Of a stretch of DNA of 64,000 nucleotides, positions 1-9,831 are shown in pieces. Made by a program: the position numbers and the translations under genes. This stretch comes from Thermoplasmata archaeon (GTDB lineage Archaea > Thermoplasmatota > Thermoplasmata > Thermoplasmatales > Thermoplasmataceae). The stretch spans positions 36,986 to 100,985 of the forward strand of contig JAKAAT010000001.1 of NCBI GenBank assembly GCA_021802205.1, in the 5' to 3' direction. The notes beneath the pieces are model-generated. The model was not told where the DNA came from, did no database searches, and saw nothing but the letters and a program-made list of their open reading frames with translations. Numbering within the stretch: position 1 is the stretch's first letter; each line of letters starts with the position of its first letter.

Positions 1-521
1 CCTATTACCAGATGATCTGGCTGGGAAATTTTCTCCGCTATCTCAGGTCCGGTACCGTAATAATGTGCGTTTGAATTCATTTCGTTTTCATGCTGGCCGG
101 GCCTAAAATATTTTTCCGGACTGGCCAGAGCTTTTTTCACAGCATAATTTATGGAGTTTTCTGTACTGTTTCCTGAAGTGATAACAACATCTGCTCCGTA
201 CATTTTGAGTGTCTTTACCGTTTCTTCCGGCGTTGATTCGGGTACAATAATTTCACTTTTGAGTCCCATAAGCTGGGATATTCCGGCAATTGCAATTCCT
301 GTGTTGCCTGAGGAACCCTCAATAACAGTCATACCCTTCTTCAGTATTCCAGTTTTCAAGGCATAATCCAGCATGAAGAATGCAGCTCTATCCTTTATTG
401 ACCGGAAATGGTTATAGTATTCAAGTTTAGAATAAATTCCTGTATTCCCAAGTTTGAATAGTGGTGTATTACCTATACCAAATCCATGGGAATCATCTGC
501 AATTTCAGTTAATAATGACAT
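1..521 (-). CDS. PLP-dependent cysteine synthase family protein (5' part; runs off the window start)
   Basis: Manual translation from ATG at 521: MSLLTEIADDSHGFGIGNTPLFKL...SKLEYYNHFRSIKDRAAFFM...IEGSSGNTGIAIA; GNTPL, SIKDR (PLP lysine) and SSGNTG motifs. Confidence 0.88.
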   Translation of the reverse strand, partial: MSLLTEIADDSHGFGIGNTPLFKLGNTGIYSKLEYYNHFRSIKDRAAFFMLDYALKTGILKKGMTVIEGSSGNTGIAIAGISQLMGLKSEIIVPESTPEETVKTLKMYGADVVITSGNSTENSINYAVKKALASPEKYFRPGQHENEMNSNAHYYGTGPEIAEKISQPDHLVI

Positions 522-654
522 GCATATAAATTGCTTTCATCATAATTAATCTTTGTACGGGACAAGTCTACATTTCATCATGATCATCAGCAAAAATGAA
601 CAAAAATGGTTAAGTATCCATAAATTTCTTGAAAATTGAAATTTAAATAATAAA

Positions 655-1779
655 TTATTTTCTATTCTCTATTTTTATAAAATCCCTCTTATCCGGACCG
701 GTGTAAACCGCTCTCGGCCTGATTAATCTTTCTTCCTCCTCTACATACTCTGTAACGTGTGCCAACCATCCCAGAACCCTTGAAAAACCGAACAGAGTTG
801 TGAACATGTATATGGGAAATCCGATTTCATTAAAGACTATGCCAGAGTAATAATCTGTGTTTGGGTAAATGCCCTTTGCACCGAATTCTTTGACACCGAG
901 ATCTTCCAGTTTTTTAGCTATTTCAAAGTATTTTTTCTGTTCCTCATTCTGATCAAGCTCCGTGGCAAGCCTCTTAAAAATTTTCATTCTAGGATCATAT
1001 GTCCTGTATACCCTGTGCCCAAAGCCCATGAGTCTTTTTTTGCCATCCAGTATATTTGTTTTGAACCAATTCTCAACGTTGTCAGGTGTTCCTATATCAA
1101 GGAGCTGTTTATATGCAGCCTCGGCGGCTCCACCGTGAAGTGGACCCTTTAGCGCAGCAGTTGCAGCTGTTATACATGAATACATATCGGAAAGAGTGGA
1201 GGATGCTACCAGTGCCGCTGTAGTAGATGCGGGTACCTCATGATCAACATAAATAACCAGTGCAGCATTCATGGCTTTTATTCTTTTTTCATCTGCCTTT
1301 CCGAAGCAGTTCATTAGGAATGCCTCAGCATAATCATATTTTGGATCAGGATTCTGTAGCTTCATTCCCATCTTATGCCTGTAAATATTGGAAATAATCC
1401 CAAGATTTTCTCCTAATATAACAGGAACCTGTTTACTATCATTTTCCTTGCTCCACTTATAATCTCCTGATGATAAGGATGCAAATGCTGTTTCCATCAT
1501 AGTGAGTGTATCCGCATCCCTTGGGAGAACAGAAATAAGCTCAAGAACATGGTCTGGTAGCGTGTAATGATCCTTTATTGAGGCTTTAAACTCTTCAAGC
1601 TGTTTTTTATCAGGTAGTTCACCCCGGGTCATTAAATAACAAACCTCCTCAAAATCAGTATGATCTACCAAATCATTGACATCGTAACCACGGTATCTCA
1701 ATACCCCTGCATTGCCATCTATATATGTTAATCCTGTGTATTTTATGAATACATCCTCAAGTCCCAAACTTACTGCCAT
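655..1779 (-). CDS. gltA: Citrate synthase
   Basis: GLEDV, LRYRGY, DHE, GPLHGGA, MGFGHRVY..YDPR and PNTDYY motifs; probable start MAVSLG. Confidence 0.96.
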   Translation of the reverse strand: MAVSLGLEDVFIKYTGLTYIDGNAGVLRYRGYDVNDLVDHTDFEEVCYLMTRGELPDKKQLEEFKASIKDHYTLPDHVLELISVLPRDADTLTMMETAFASLSSGDYKWSKENDSKQVPVILGENLGIISNIYRHKMGMKLQNPDPKYDYAEAFLMNCFGKADEKRIKAMNAALVIYVDHEVPASTTAALVASSTLSDMYSCITAATAALKGPLHGGAAEAAYKQLLDIGTPDNVENWFKTNILDGKKRLMGFGHRVYRTYDPRMKIFKRLATELDQNEEQKKYFEIAKKLEDLGVKEFGAKGIYPNTDYYSGIVFNEIGFPIYMFTTLFGFSRVLGWLAHVTEYVEEEERLIRPRAVYTGPDKRDFIKIENRK

Positions 1780-1780
1780 T

Positions 1781-2206
1781 TTAATCACTTCCGAACCAAT
1801 CTGAATTCTTTACATTTGCAAGTTCTTTCAAGGTCTGGCTTTCCCTCATTAAATCCCTGGTAGATAGAATCCCGGAGACAACTCCGGTCTCAGATTTAAC
1901 AATAAGGTGCCTTATATTATGCTTGCTCATTAGTACCGCTGCCTTGGTAATTGAATCATCCTCATGAATAAAGATAAGATTCTCCCTTGTGGCTATGTTT
2001 CCAAGAGGGGTGTTCAGTGTTTTGCCATCGGCAATTGCCTTAATAATATTCCTTTCCGTTATAATTCCGGTCAGGGAGGAAGGTCCTCCTAGAAGTATAG
2101 ACCCCTTATTTGCCTCAGACATTTTCTTAGTACCATCATATACAGTTGCCTTCTCATCCATGTATATAGGTTGCCTCTGCATGATATTTTTGATTTCTAA
2201 AGTCAT
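1781..2206 (-). CDS. CBS domain pair protein
   Basis: Two CBS repeats (GIITERNI; IRHLIV...GILSTRDL). Confidence 0.88.
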   Translation of the reverse strand: MTLEIKNIMQRQPIYMDEKATVYDGTKKMSEANKGSILLGGPSSLTGIITERNIIKAIADGKTLNTPLGNIATRENLIFIHEDDSITKAAVLMSKHNIRHLIVKSETGVVSGILSTRDLMRESQTLKELANVKNSDWFGSD

Positions 2207-2352
2207 ATTTTTAATATAGTTCGATTTAATTTAAAGATTATGTTCGGGAAGAATGCCTGCTTTATCGAAAAATATTCTACGTTAAAATCGTCAATTAATG
2301 AAATATTCTAAAAACCAAAATGATTATGTAACTTGTAAATATTCTACTGTGA

Positions 2353-3087
2353 ATGCGAAATAGAAATCTTATAATTTTAATGGTCGGCATTTTACTGATC
2401 CTGAATGGATATGAAATATATTCCAGATTTGGATATTTATTTTATCCATCACCCTATAATTATTCGGTCACAGCTGCCAGGGCCAGATTTTATACATCGC
2501 TGGATGATGCTGTATTAATTGCAGGTGCATTTCTTATAGGCATGGCTATTTATATTACTGTTAAAGAAAAGTACACCTTACCCAGATTTAAGCACTTCTA
2601 TCCGATTCTTGCCATCTATACTGTAATCCTGGCGATTGCCGGTGGATTGATACATATTATGCCATCAGGATATCATTATCCGCATTATGTGGCATTTTTC
2701 TATGGCCTTCCCATGTTCACTCCGGATTTTCTTGTTTATTATTCCCATATTGTAGGATTATACATATATCCATTTCAGATAATTTCATTAATGGCCGCTG
2801 CTCTAATCGGAAGTGCCATATTCGCATTTTCATTTGAGGGCTTGAAAATGAAAAAGGCAACTCCAATGTCCATTATCGGCGCAGTTGGAGTCTGCCCGGC
2901 ATGTGCCACCGGAACTTTTTTCGGGATCGTAATAGGGGCAAGCCCGTTCCTCAGCTCCCTGTATCTGAATCAAATTTATGGAAGCACAGTAAATGAAATT
3001 GCCATAAGCATGGTATCAATTGCACTTCTGTTAGGGGTTTTTCTTTACATGATGAGAAAATATCGCATAATATTTAAAAGGCAATAA
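2353..3087 (+). CDS. Multi-pass membrane protein with CPAC motif, function unknown
   Basis: 244-aa ORF, about 6 hydrophobic segments, GVCPACATG. Confidence 0.7.
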   Translation: MRNRNLIILMVGILLILNGYEIYSRFGYLFYPSPYNYSVTAARARFYTSLDDAVLIAGAFLIGMAIYITVKEKYTLPRFKHFYPILAIYTVILAIAGGLIHIMPSGYHYPHYVAFFYGLPMFTPDFLVYYSHIVGLYIYPFQIISLMAAALIGSAIFAFSFEGLKMKKATPMSIIGAVGVCPACATGTFFGIVIGASPFLSSLYLNQIYGSTVNEIAISMVSIALLLGVFLYMMRKYRIIFKRQ

Positions 3088-3199
3088 ATTCCTATTTATC
3101 TGTCATTTTGACAGTGATCTGTTTATATATTTTTATACGATGAAATTTATTATTATTTCCTTTCAAAAAGATTTTTAATAGGACTTTGCATATACTGTC

Positions 3200-5026
3200 A
3201 TGAAAGGCATTAATATTGTTGTTGCTGTAAAGCAGGTACCGGATGCCGATGACTTAAGGATCGACCCGGTAACCAATAATCTTGTCAGAGAGGGAGTGCC
3301 AGCTATTATAAACCCTCCTGACCTGCACGCCATAGAAGAGGCACTCAGGCTCAAGGAAAAATATGGCGGAACTGTTTCTATTGTTTCAATGGGGCCACCA
3401 AAGGGAGACCTGACATTGAGAGATGCCGTGGCGATGGGTGCCGATAATATATATCTTATAACTGACGCTGCAATGGTCGGATCAGATACATGGGCAACAT
3501 CATATACAGTTTCACAGGGAGTGCATAAAATCGGCAACCCGGATATCATATTATTCGGCAGGCGTGCTCTTGATGGTGAAACACAGCAGGTGGGCCCCCA
3601 GACAGCAATGTGGCTTGGCATACCCGAAATAGCATATACCGATAAAATACTTGATATAAATATGGAAACAAAGGTTGCAAAACTACAGAGAACCACTGAA
3701 TTTGATACAGAAACCCTGGAAGTGAAAATGCCATTTGTTGCAACTATCACAGAAAATTCCAACACACCAAGGGAGGCAACGCTTGAAGGTATGATAAAGT
3801 CCATGACATATCAGGTTACAAGGCTTTCTAAAACTGATATAGATGCTGATCCTAAAAAAATCGGTCTGGCTGCGTCACCTACAAAGGTTATCAGGGTAAG
3901 ACCGCCACCGAAAATGAGGAATCCGGAAATCATTAAGAATGAGGACCTGAATAAAACTGTTGAATTTCTTGTATCAAAAATAAAGGAATCTTTGAAGGGA
4001 ATGAAAACAATGGAAAATGCCTATGAAAAACCAGAACCTGTAACAAAGGTGGATGACAGTATATGGGTCTACATAGATCATTTCAATGGTGAACTTAACA
4101 AAACATCACTGGAAATTCTGGGTGCAGCCAGGAGAGTTGCTGATTTAATGGATACAAAGCTTGGTGCTGTAATAATAGGAAACAAGGATGAACAACTCAT
4201 TGATACATCATTTAAATATGGTGCTGATGAGGTTTACTACTGTGAAGCGGAGAATGCGAAAAAATATGACAATGACATATACACAGCGGGCCTGGAAATG
4301 ATGATTAATAAATACAAACCTAACTCTCTATTCTTCCCGGGAACATCAAATTCAAGGGAATTAGCATCTACAACAGCAATAAAAGTCAATACAGGGCTTA
4401 TTGCTGACTGCATTATATTCGATGTGGATGAGAAAGGGCAGCTACAGGCTACCAGACCTGATTTCGGAGGTAAGGAAACCTCTACTATTATATGCCCGAA
4501 CAACAAACCAATAATGGTAACAACCAGGGCTGGCGTATTTTCAGCACTTCCTGAAAGAGATTTCAAGGGAAAAATCATAAAAGAAAAATTGCAAAAGGTT
4601 GATTCAAGATTCAAAATAACGGATTATAAAAATATTGAAAAGACAAATGTTCTCGCAGCCGCTCAGGTAGTGGTTGGAGCCGGCAGGGGTCTTGTCAATA
4701 AAGATAACCTGAAGCTTGTAGAGGACCTCGCAGATAAGATTGGAGGGATAGTAGGAGTGAGCAAGCCACTGGCTGATGCAAACTGGTATCCACATGACAG
4801 GCAGGTCGGGCAGACAGGCACAACCATCAGACCAAATCTGTACATAGCTCTGGGTATATCCGGTGCCATTCAGCATCTGGTTGGAATCCAGGGTTCAAAG
4901 AGGATAATTGCAATAAACAGTGACCCTGAGGCACAGATATTCGAAAACTGTGATTACGGGGTTATCGGTGATGTATTCCAGATAGTTCCTGAACTGATTA
5001 AAAAAATTGGTGATATAAATGCTTGA
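3200..5026 (+). CDS. Fused electron transfer flavoprotein beta+alpha (FixA-FixB)
   Basis: N-half VAVKQVPD/SMGP/DGETQQVG (ETF-beta); C-half VGAGRG, QVGQTG, YIALGISGAIQH, AINSDPEA (ETF-alpha). Confidence 0.93.
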   Translation: MKGINIVVAVKQVPDADDLRIDPVTNNLVREGVPAIINPPDLHAIEEALRLKEKYGGTVSIVSMGPPKGDLTLRDAVAMGADNIYLITDAAMVGSDTWATSYTVSQGVHKIGNPDIILFGRRALDGETQQVGPQTAMWLGIPEIAYTDKILDINMETKVAKLQRTTEFDTETLEVKMPFVATITENSNTPREATLEGMIKSMTYQVTRLSKTDIDADPKKIGLAASPTKVIRVRPPPKMRNPEIIKNEDLNKTVEFLVSKIKESLKGMKTMENAYEKPEPVTKVDDSIWVYIDHFNGELNKTSLEILGAARRVADLMDTKLGAVIIGNKDEQLIDTSFKYGADEVYYCEAENAKKYDNDIYTAGLEMMINKYKPNSLFFPGTSNSRELASTTAIKVNTGLIADCIIFDVDEKGQLQATRPDFGGKETSTIICPNNKPIMVTTRAGVFSALPERDFKGKIIKEKLQKVDSRFKITDYKNIEKTNVLAAAQVVVGAGRGLVNKDNLKLVEDLADKIGGIVGVSKPLADANWYPHDRQVGQTGTTIRPNLYIALGISGAIQHLVGIQGSKRIIAINSDPEAQIFENCDYGVIGDVFQIVPELIKKIGDINA

Positions 5027-6212
5027 TTATGATATAGTTGTTGTGGGAGCGGGCCCAGCTGGATCAGCTGCCGCACTGAAAGCAGCATCTGAAGGAAAGA
5101 AGGTACTGGTTATAGAAAGGGGCCCAGAACCTGGATCAAAAAATGTTTCTGGAGCCATGATAAGGAAGGATTATGTAACATCGGTATTTGGAGAGGATAT
5201 GCCATTTGAGAGAAATGTGGAAACTATTAAGCTGTCTCTTTATAATGGAAATAAACCGGTAAATATAGAATTTCACCCTAGAGGTCTTGTAACAACCGGC
5301 AGGCTAAAATTTGATAAATGGTTATCCTCGGTTTCCGAAAAGGCAGGTGCCATGGTGATCCCGAAAACCACCGCTCTCAAACTTAACTGGGAAAACGGAG
5401 TTGCAAAATCACTTACAACAGACAGGGGAGAGGTATCTGCTAAATCCTTTGTACTTGCAGAGGGAGTAAATTCTCTGGTTTCCATGGAATCTGGAATAAA
5501 GGGCGACTGGACTCCTGAGAATTCTGTTCAGGCAGTGAAGATGGTTTATTCAATAAAGAAAAGTGATCTGAATACACTATTTGATTTACCGGATGATAAT
5601 ACGGGGATGTCATGGAGGATGATTACATCAGATCCTCTTATTGCTGGATTCATGTACACATATAAGGACAGCCTTGCAGTTGGAATAGGTTCTCCAATTA
5701 AAGAACTTATTGACAGAAAGATAAGACCGGAAAAACTTCTTGATGATTTTCTGGCGATGACCGGCATTGCAGAGAAGGTAAAGGGCTATTCCCTGAGGGA
5801 ATATTCGGCCAAGATTATACCTGAAGGAGGATTCCCTGATATCAATGTTGCAAAGGGAAATGTTTATCTCTGTGGGGATGCAATTGGTCTTGTAGACCCA
5901 CTGACATTTGATGGAATTACCCCAGCAATAGCATCAGGGACATTAGCTGGAGAAGCCGCAGTCTACAATTACGATAAGGAAATTTACAGGTACAATCTGA
6001 TGAAGAATCCAGAAATTTCAAAGATAGCAAAGGAGAGGAAGCTGGAAACAGATTTCATGACCGGCAACAAGGCGGGAGAATACATAAATATGGTTTCATC
6101 AATGCTGGAAGGCTGGGCTTCAGGAGACCTGATGGGAATAAGGAACACCATGGTCAGCAATTATAGAAATCTAATACCTGACCTGATGACTTTTGTTATG
6201 AGGATGAGATAA
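5019..6212 (+). CDS. fixC: FixC-like FAD-dependent ETF:quinone oxidoreductase
   Basis: VVVGAGPAG Rossmann motif, ERG..PGSKNVSG, GDA; operonic with ETF and fixX. Confidence 0.85.
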   Translation: MLDYDIVVVGAGPAGSAAALKAASEGKKVLVIERGPEPGSKNVSGAMIRKDYVTSVFGEDMPFERNVETIKLSLYNGNKPVNIEFHPRGLVTTGRLKFDKWLSSVSEKAGAMVIPKTTALKLNWENGVAKSLTTDRGEVSAKSFVLAEGVNSLVSMESGIKGDWTPENSVQAVKMVYSIKKSDLNTLFDLPDDNTGMSWRMITSDPLIAGFMYTYKDSLAVGIGSPIKELIDRKIRPEKLLDDFLAMTGIAEKVKGYSLREYSAKIIPEGGFPDINVAKGNVYLCGDAIGLVDPLTFDGITPAIASGTLAGEAAVYNYDKEIYRYNLMKNPEISKIAKERKLETDFMTGNKAGEYINMVSSMLEGWASGDLMGIRNTMVSNYRNLIPDLMTFVMRMR

Positions 6213-6500
6213 ATGAGAACGGAAGAAAAGTTATACACGCTGAGATATAAGAAGGACGATAAGTCACATCTTGCCATAAAGGATGTAAACACATGCCTTG
6301 AATGCACTGCTAAGTACGGTGAACCCCAGCCCTGTGTTTCCATATGTCCGGCAAATGTATTTTCATGGCAGAACAATAGAATAGTAATAGGCTATGAGAA
6401 CTGTGTGGAATGTGGAGCATCAAGAATAGCATGTCCCTATGAAAACATTGACTGGAATTATCCACGTTTTGGAAAAGGCATAGCCCTGAGATATGCATAA
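6213..6500 (+). CDS. fixX: FixX-like ferredoxin
   Basis: CLEC, CVSICPA, YENCVECGA..IACP, W.YPR.GKG. Confidence 0.88.
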   Translation: MRTEEKLYTLRYKKDDKSHLAIKDVNTCLECTAKYGEPQPCVSICPANVFSWQNNRIVIGYENCVECGASRIACPYENIDWNYPRFGKGIALRYA

Positions 6501-6577
6501 TATTATAAATATTAATTTTAGATTGCCAATTAAACGTTTTATTTAATTTGTTACGTATTCTAAATTATGAAAATGAA

Positions 6578-6814
6578 CTATGTTAAACTTATATATTTTT
6601 TAAATGATCCAGTGACCAAGTAAATTATAAAAACGACAGGTAATATTATTGCAAACAAGATAAACATAATAGCTAGAAATAAAATAAATTCCTTATGGTC
6701 AACATTATATGATATTATAGAGCCAACACTAGACATTAGAGATGAAAATTCGGCCACAGCAAATATTATTATATATATAATAATTATTTTTCTTTTTTTG
6801 TCCATATTTATCAC
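6578..6814 (-). CDS. Small membrane protein, putative immunity protein of cassette 5
   Basis: 78 aa, 2 hydrophobic helices, starts immediately after the stop of 6816..7139. Confidence 0.6.
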   Translation of the reverse strand: MINMDKKRKIIIIYIIIFAVAEFSSLMSSVGSIISYNVDHKEFILFLAIMFILFAIILPVVFIIYLVTGSFKKYISLT

Positions 6815-6815
6815 A

Positions 6816-7139
6816 TCATCCGTATATACAATTTAGAAGACCACTCACTATAATAGTCCATCCAACCGGCCCTCTAAAGACCAAGAAAGCCAGTAAGGTG
6901 ATTTCGAAAGCAGTCCGACTACCAAAGATACCGGCTATGTTAAACCAGTTCCAGTCTATAGCTATCCCTACTGTTTGATTTATCTCCATACTCTTTACAT
7001 TATTATCTGTGAACTTTAACATGGTACCCATTGCCGTTGCTATGTATGAGTATTCTATTCCGAATTTATGCATTGTATTATTTGTTGAGAACATATAATT
7101 TATTGATATTAATTTTATACTGTTTATTAAGTTTTTCAT
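6816..7139 (-). CDS. Orphan cassette 5: conserved repeat plus variable hydrophobic C-terminal tip
   Basis: First ~62 aa nearly identical to an internal part of 10242..11144; unique tail WNWFNIAGIFG...GPVGWTIIVSGLLNCIYG. Confidence 0.7.
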   Translation of the reverse strand: MKNLINSIKLISINYMFSTNNTMHKFGIEYSYIATAMGTMLKFTDNNVKSMEINQTVGIAIDWNWFNIAGIFGSRTAFEITLLAFLVFRGPVGWTIIVSGLLNCIYG

Positions 7140-7192
7140 TGCACTGTTATATGTTGATTTATAGTCAAGGGTAAACTCATTGCCGAGGAGTA
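6954..7192. repeat. Direct repeat copy E (longest orphan copy, ~240 bp)
   Basis: Near-identical to 10419..10657 by direct reading; identity continues ~50 bp upstream of the MKNL ATG, to ...ctcattgccgaggagta. Confidence 0.95.
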
Positions 7193-7368
7193 AAACAATT
7201 ATATTAACTGTTTACAATACCGTTCATGATAATTCATGCAAGAGACATATAGACAATAATATTATTTTAATGATTATACAATTTATTGCGTTACCGGTTA
7301 TTGGCACATAGTGAAAGTTTATATGTTAAACAATGTCTCTACATCTCATTTTATACTAATCGTAAACC

Positions 7369-7782
7369 TTACTGCAGATACTTATTTGAATTCAACAGTT
7401 TATTATAAATCAAAAATGAGGAGGATTCCACAATTATAAATATAATAATGGAAAGCAATAAACTTCTAGTAAATACAAGTATCAAAGCACCAATTAAATT
7501 AAAAATAACGAAATATGGTACAAAGATAAAAAAATAGAGGTGCCTGAAGTTATTATACTCCGTAACATTAAATTTTTTAGCTAAAATTTCATTTCTAAAT
7601 TTATCCAGATAATATATAAACAAGATAATTAACACAAATAACATTATAATAAAAAATAATTTGGCATAAACTGATTTCGAGATAGTTAAACTGCCTATGC
7701 ATGCAATTAAAAATAAGATAAATGATATAATTAAATATTTCGTTTTATTCCAAATTACATTTGCGGAATTCACTATTATCAC
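7369..7782 (-). CDS. 4-TM membrane protein, putative immunity protein of cassette 4
   Basis: 137 aa, four hydrophobic segments, GTGA overlap with stop of 7779..8057. Confidence 0.65.
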   Translation of the reverse strand: MIIVNSANVIWNKTKYLIISFILFLIACIGSLTISKSVYAKLFFIIMLFVLIILFIYYLDKFRNEILAKKFNVTEYNNFRHLYFFIFVPYFVIFNLIGALILVFTRSLLLSIIIFIIVESSSFLIYNKLLNSNKYLQ

Positions 7783-8122
7783 CAGTTACACTGTGATAGT
7801 ATCAATGCTTCTGTTCCATAAATTGTGGCCATACCCCATAGAAACCAGAATATACCAATACCAGAGATTATGGCTGCACCAGCGCCAATAACAGTCATAG
7901 CAAGGAAGATAATACCTAAAATACAATCTTTGTTATAATAGATAGCTATCCCTACTGTTTCATTTAGCTCCATACTCTTTACATTGTTATCTGTGGACCT
8001 TAACATGGTACCCATTGCCGTTGCTATGCATGAGTATTCTATTCCAAATTTATGCATAGTATTATTGTTGAGAACATATAATTTATTGATATTAATTTTA
8101 TACTGTTTATTAAGTTTTTCAT
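7779..8122 (-). pseudogene. Orphan cassette 4 (frameshifted within the repeat) with variable hydrophobic tip
   Basis: MKNL ATG at 8122; 1-nt deletion near 8066 (attattgttg vs attatttgttg in other copies); intact frame 7779..8057 ends DCILGIIFLAM...LSQCNW. Confidence 0.7.
7942..8122. repeat. Direct repeat copy D
   Basis: atagctatccctactgtttcattt...taagtttttcat matches the other copies. Confidence 0.95.
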
Positions 8123-8346
8123 TTATCCGATATGTTATGCTTATTCTTTATAATGTAAACAAATATTATTATGATGATTGCTAGTATTATAAAGAATGGA
8201 TAAAGTAGGATATTTAAATGTAATGAAAAGTATAGGAATCCTATAATGTCAAAGATAATCCAAAACAGAATGGCAATTATTATTAATTTTTCTAATTCTG
8301 TTTTACCTATTTTGCGTTCTAAGTTGTTCTTTTTAACGTTGTTCAT
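8119..8346 (-). CDS. Small membrane protein, putative immunity protein of cassette 3 (possibly 3'-truncated)
   Basis: 75 aa, 2 TM; ATG directly follows the TAA of 8347..8742; its stop lies in the ATGA at the start of repeat D. Confidence 0.62.
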   Translation of the reverse strand: MNNVKKNNLERKIGKTELEKLIIIAILFWIIFDIIGFLYFSLHLNILLYPFFIILAIIIIIFVYIIKNKHNISDK

Positions 8347-8742
8347 TTACCATCCTCCAAAGCAAGCATTGCCCACACTATATCCCGCATCTGCAGTTAG
8401 GCCAATAGTTACTCCGGTGCCAATTAAAAATCCTACACCAACAATTGCACTTGTCCCTCCACTCGGTACGGCAACAGCAAACAGCATGGAAGCTATGACC
8501 CACACAAGAATTGTTGCTGCTAGCACTAATATAGAATTTATGCATCCCCAGTTCCAGTCTATAGCTATCCCTACTGTTTCATTTATCTCCATATTCTTTA
8601 CATTATTATCTGTGGACTTTAACATGGTACCCATTGCCGTTGCTATGCATGAGTATTCTATTACGAATTTATGCATAGTATTATTTGTTGAGAACATATA
8701 ATTTATTGATATTAATTTTTTACTGTTTATTAAGTTTTTCAT
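8347..8742 (-). CDS. Orphan cassette 3: conserved repeat plus variable hydrophobic tip
   Basis: MKNLINS...VGIAID repeat then WNWGCINSILVLAATILVW...GNACFGGW. Confidence 0.72.
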   Translation of the reverse strand: MKNLINSKKLISINYMFSTNNTMHKFVIEYSCIATAMGTMLKSTDNNVKNMEINETVGIAIDWNWGCINSILVLAATILVWVIASMLFAVAVPSGGTSAIVGVGFLIGTGVTIGLTADAGYSVGNACFGGW

Positions 8743-8755
8743 TTCACTGTTATAT
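8557..8755. repeat. Direct repeat copy C
   Basis: gtctatagctatccctactg...catttcactgttatat near-identical to copy A. Confidence 0.95.
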
Positions 8756-9090
8756 TGTGTTATCCAGAGTTGAATTTTTATTTAAAGATTATTTTAACAA
8801 GGTAGAAACGTTAAACCGAAGGTGAAGTTAAAAAATAATAAATTAAAATGCATCGTAATAAGAGCAATAACAGAAGCACTTAAATATAATACTTAACCTC
8901 TCATTAATATAAAAATGTCTGTCTGTGTATTTAAGGAAATTTAGACCTTTACGATAAGCGATACCTTTGAGGGATTAAAAATAGTCAGTATGTAAGGACA
9001 AATATAATCTATGAAACAGGAACTCTCAATGCTTTATCATAAGCTAGCTAGCAGGTTTATTAGGGTATAGTGTACAACCTCTGGTTTTGA

Positions 9091-9495
9091 TTATTTCATT
9101 ATATTTTTAGGATAATATAATTTATGGTTATACATGTTTATATTATATAATATAAACACTATAAATAAAATAATAAAAAACAAGCGTAAATAAAAATTGG
9201 TGATAAAATACAAAGCTATGATTATCAATAGCAACGCCAATAAGTTGTATAATAAAAACTGTTTTTGTGCTTTTTTTTCAACACTGTTCATTTTGTTGAA
9301 ATGAATCTTGCCATTTTTATATAATTTATAAATATAAATATATAGAAATGAAATTGACAAAAATGTAAGTGATAATAATAACGACAGAATTTTATCTGAA
9401 TAAATATATATAGCTAGAAATATGATAAACATTATTATTGAAAATAATAGTACAATTTTAGTGTATTTTAAGGCCTTAAACTCGTAATTATCCAT
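9091..9495 (-). CDS. 4-TM membrane protein, putative immunity protein of cassette 2
   Basis: 134 aa, four hydrophobic segments, GGTGA SD just after the upstream stop. Confidence 0.65.
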   Translation of the reverse strand: MDNYEFKALKYTKIVLLFSIIMFIIFLAIYIYSDKILSLLLSLTFLSISFLYIYIYKLYKNGKIHFNKMNSVEKKAQKQFLLYNLLALLLIIIALYFITNFYLRLFFIILFIVFILYNINMYNHKLYYPKNIMK

Positions 9496-9504
9496 ATCAT
9501 CACC

Positions 9505-9831
9505 TTACATACATCCCCATAATAATGATGCCTGACCTATGCCTGCACTTGTCATAGTTAAACCATCATATATCCAGAATGCTAACATAGAATCAAACGC
9601 TATGTTTACACCAGGTATTCCTATTATTAAAACAAATGCAATTATCAATGTTACAATTGTAAGATCACACCAGATATTCCAGTCTATTGCTATCCCTACT
9701 GTTTGATTTATCTCCATACTCTTTACATTATTATCTGTGGACTTTAACATATTATTCATTGCTGTTGCTATGTATGAGTATTCTATCCCGAATTTATGCA
9801 TTGTATTATTTGTTGAGAACATATCCTTCAA
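9505..9831 (-). CDS. Orphan cassette 2: shorter repeat plus variable hydrophobic tip
   Basis: MFSTNNT...VGIAID repeat then WNIWCDLTIVTLIIAFVL...SLLWGCM. Confidence 0.7.
   Translation of the reverse strand: MKDMFSTNNTMHKFGIEYSYIATAMNNMLKSTDNNVKSMEINQTVGIAIDWNIWCDLTIVTLIIAFVLIIGIPGVNIAFDSMLAFWIYDGLTMTSAGIGQASLLWGCM
9682..9824. repeat. Direct repeat copy B (shortest, ~140 bp)
   Basis: gtctattgctatccctactg...tgttgagaacatat. Confidence 0.93.

Noticed and set aside
151-366. 71-aa plus-strand ORF
   Set aside because: Antisense to the cysteine synthase CDS.
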